DNA of 64,000 nt from Candidatus Scatovivens sp. (lineage in GTDB: Bacteria > Bacillota > Clostridia > TANB77 > CAG-508): positions 32,001 to 96,000 of the forward strand of contig JAZRKN010000011.1 of the NCBI GenBank assembly GCA_045646345.1, in the 5' to 3' direction. Numbering within the stretch: position 1 is the first letter of the stretch; every line of letters starts with the position of its first letter. Under the pieces are notes generated by a model. That model had not been told where the DNA came from, did not search any database, and worked only from the letters and a program-made list of their open reading frames with translations. Positions 62,241 through 64,000 of this stretch are shown here, in pieces. A program made the position numbers and the translations under genes.

Positions 62241-62396
62241 ATGGAAAATTCTACTGATATAATAAAAAAATGCTCAACAAAATATGGTTTTGCAGAAAAC
62301 GTTATTAATATTATGATGTATATTTCAAAACAAGCTGGATATAAGGAAGAAGAATTTGAAGATTTATTACAGAGCTATCTTGCGACAAAAAAATAG
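62241..62396 (+). CDS. Small hypothetical protein (51 aa)
   Basis: RBS aaggtggtg before ATG 62241. Confidence 0.6.
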   Translation: MENSTDIIKKCSTKYGFAENVINIMMYISKQAGYKEEEFEDLLQSYLATKK

Positions 62397-62410
62397 AAAG
62401 GAGATAAAAA

Positions 62411-62539
62411 ATGAAAGAAATTGATGAAAGATACAGAATATCAACAGAGGAAATTAATGAATATTTTAATGGGAGAAGAGAAACTACATATGAAGAATTT
62501 TATGCGTTTCTAGAATGGAGAGAAAATAAGAAAAAATAA
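62411..62539 (+). CDS. Small hypothetical protein (42 aa, not in the ORF track)
   Basis: RBS aaggag; MKEIDERYRISTEEINEYFNGRRETTYEEFYAFLEWRENKKK*. Confidence 0.55.
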   Translation: MKEIDERYRISTEEINEYFNGRRETTYEEFYAFLEWRENKKK

Positions 62540-62579
62540 GAGTGTAAGTAAGAATATAGAGAAGAGGTAAGAATATATA

Positions 62580-63707
62580 ATGAGTGTAAGAGAAATAGAA
62601 AGGAATAAGAAATACAAAATTGAAGTTGTAATTGGTTACAATGGAAATAAGAAGATAAGACATACAGAAGTGTTTTATGGTGGAAAAAAAGAGGCAACAT
62701 TAAGAGAAAACGAAATTAAAATAAGTAAGAAGAACAATAGTTATATAAGTAAAACAAAAATGACATTTAAGAATTTAATTGAAAAATGGTTGGAAAGTCA
62801 AAAAAATGTATGGTCACCGATAACATACAAATCAAATTCAATTTTGAGTAAAGTTGTAATTGATTATATTGGTCACATACCAGTTCAAAATTTAAATTCC
62901 GAAGTGTTAGAATCTTTTTATAATTCTTTAAGAAAAGATACAAATTATTCAGAGAATACTATACAACATTATTACACATTGATTAATTCTGTTTTAAATA
63001 AAGGTGTTGTATGGAATTATTTGATGAATAACCCAAATAAAAGAATTGAAAAACCAAAGTTTATTAAAAAAAGAATAGAATGTTATTCGCCTGAAGAGGT
63101 AGAAAAATTAATTGAAGTTTTAAATAATGAATCCCTAAAATATCAAGCTATTATAATGTTGACTTTAGATAGTGGCGCTAGAAGAGGAGAAATAACAGGT
63201 CTAACCTGGGAAGATATAAACCTTGAAGAAAAGACATTGTTTATAAATAAAAGTACACAATATGTAAAAGAAAAAGGAATATTTGAAAAAACACCAAAGA
63301 ATCAAACAAGTATAAGAAAGATTTATATTTCAGATTCAACAGTCGAGATACTGAAGAAATATAAAAAAGAACAATTAGAAAAGCGAATTAAGTTAGGGAA
63401 TAAATGGGGAAATAGTAAAAGAGTATTTACAACAGAAATGGGAAATGATATGCACCCAGATACACCAACAAAGATATTAGAAAAGATAATAAAAAGATAC
63501 AATTTAAAGAGGATTACTTTTCACGGATTAAGACATACATCAATATCATTACAAATAAGTAGAGGAATACAAGTTCAGATTATTAGTAAAAGAGCTGGTC
63601 ACTCTAATGTAACAGTAACACATAACACATATTCACATTTCTTTGAAGATGAATTTAAGGAAGTAGCTAATGTGATGAATGATATATTAAAAGTAAAAGC
63701 TAATTAA
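62580..63707 (+). CDS. int: Tyrosine integrase with N-terminal arm-binding domain
   Basis: SGARRGEITGLTW (R), KTPK (K), FHGLRHT (HxxR), RAGHS...TYSH (H, Y). Confidence 0.95.
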   Translation: MSVREIERNKKYKIEVVIGYNGNKKIRHTEVFYGGKKEATLRENEIKISKKNNSYISKTKMTFKNLIEKWLESQKNVWSPITYKSNSILSKVVIDYIGHIPVQNLNSEVLESFYNSLRKDTNYSENTIQHYYTLINSVLNKGVVWNYLMNNPNKRIEKPKFIKKRIECYSPEEVEKLIEVLNNESLKYQAIIMLTLDSGARRGEITGLTWEDINLEEKTLFINKSTQYVKEKGIFEKTPKNQTSIRKIYISDSTVEILKKYKKEQLEKRIKLGNKWGNSKRVFTTEMGNDMHPDTPTKILEKIIKRYNLKRITFHGLRHTSISLQISRGIQVQIISKRAGHSNVTVTHNTYSHFFEDEFKEVANVMNDILKVKAN

Positions 63708-63710
63708 AAC

Positions 63711-63740
63711 AAAAAGAAGAGGTTTTGTACCTCTTTTTTT
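63711..63740 (+). terminator. Integrase terminator
   Basis: aagagg-ttttgta-cctctt followed by a T run. Confidence 0.7.
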
Positions 63741-63763
63741 ACTTTCGCCACTTTTTCGCCACT
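63741..63763 (+). repeat. Putative integrase arm-type site (right)
   Basis: Identical to 58080-58102. Confidence 0.75.
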
Positions 63764-63811
63764 TTTCTTATAAAATAAAAAAATACCAAGTCACAAAATA
63801 CTTGATACTAC

Positions 63812-63887
63812 TGGTGCGCCATAGAGGACTTGAACCTCCGACCATTTGATTAAGAGTCAACTGCTCTACCAACTGAGCTAATGGCGC
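63812..63887 (-). tRNA. tRNA-Lys, anticodon CTT, encoded CCA
   Basis: GCGCCAT TA GCTC AGTTGGTA GAGC A GTTGA CTCTTAA TCAAA TGGTC GGAGG TTCAAGT CCTCT ATGGCGC ACCA, 76 nt cloverleaf. Confidence 0.97.
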
Positions 63888-63907
63888 ATATGAACTTGAC
63901 AATGACT

Positions 63908-63936
63908 ATTATAAAACAATGGTATTCTTTTGTCAA
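63908..63936 (-). promoter_or_regulatory. tRNA promoter
   Basis: TTGACA-17bp-TATAAT on the minus strand, 20 bp before the tRNA. Confidence 0.8.
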
Positions 63937-64000
63937 TAATAACTTAATAAAGAATATTTTATAAAAAATAGGGAATTTCTGTATAAAATTTGGTAATTGA

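Larger units (their letters stand above)
57922..63859. mobile_element. ~5.9-kb integrative element (phage-satellite/IME-like) in tRNA-Lys(CTT)
   Basis: 48-bp direct repeats, tyrosine integrase next to the intact tRNA, xis, KilA-C, Cro-like and wHTH genes, matching 23-bp repeats near both ends. Confidence 0.92.

Noticed and set aside
59817-62591. 34-bp inverted repeat as ends of an invertible segment
   Set aside because: Not excluded, but less likely: no dedicated invertase, partial copies sit on RBS/start codons, and the left copy lies in a promoter-terminator unit. Long reads showing both orientations would revive it
63845-63861. G27-A43 mismatch in the tRNA anticodon stem as damage from integration
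   Set aside because: The displaced copy has the same 3' strand, so the mismatch predates integration

Overview
AT-rich Bacillota (Clostridia-like; lineage inferred only from gene content and style) chromosomal window, almost entirely + strand. 1-38 kb: the end of tatD, an LRR-dockerin protein with an adjacent sortase-type cohesin, lemA-htpX, a G5/3D protein, three giant cell-surface proteins (1862, 2954 and 3729 aa) and an AI-2E transporter. 38-58 kb: rpoB-rpoC, a GC-richer HIT/Cwf19-like cassette, a nucleotide pyrophosphatase-family gene, a highly diverged RelA/SpoT-type synthetase, then gdpP-rplI-dnaB-tilS-ftsH. 57.9-63.9 kb: a 5.9-kb element integrated in tRNA-Lys(CTT) (48-bp att duplication) with integrase, xis, KilA-C antirepressor, Cro-like and wHTH genes but no capsid, terminase, relaxase or CI gene. 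The main candidate new system is in this element: a ~75-nt counter-transcript with its own promoter and terminator that is complementary to the translation starts of the integrase (33/34 nt) and antirepressor (18/18 nt) as well as the putative rep leader. The element also has a second sRNA, iteron-like repeats and a cos/oriT-like site. Family calls come from motif recognition only; no database searches were run.
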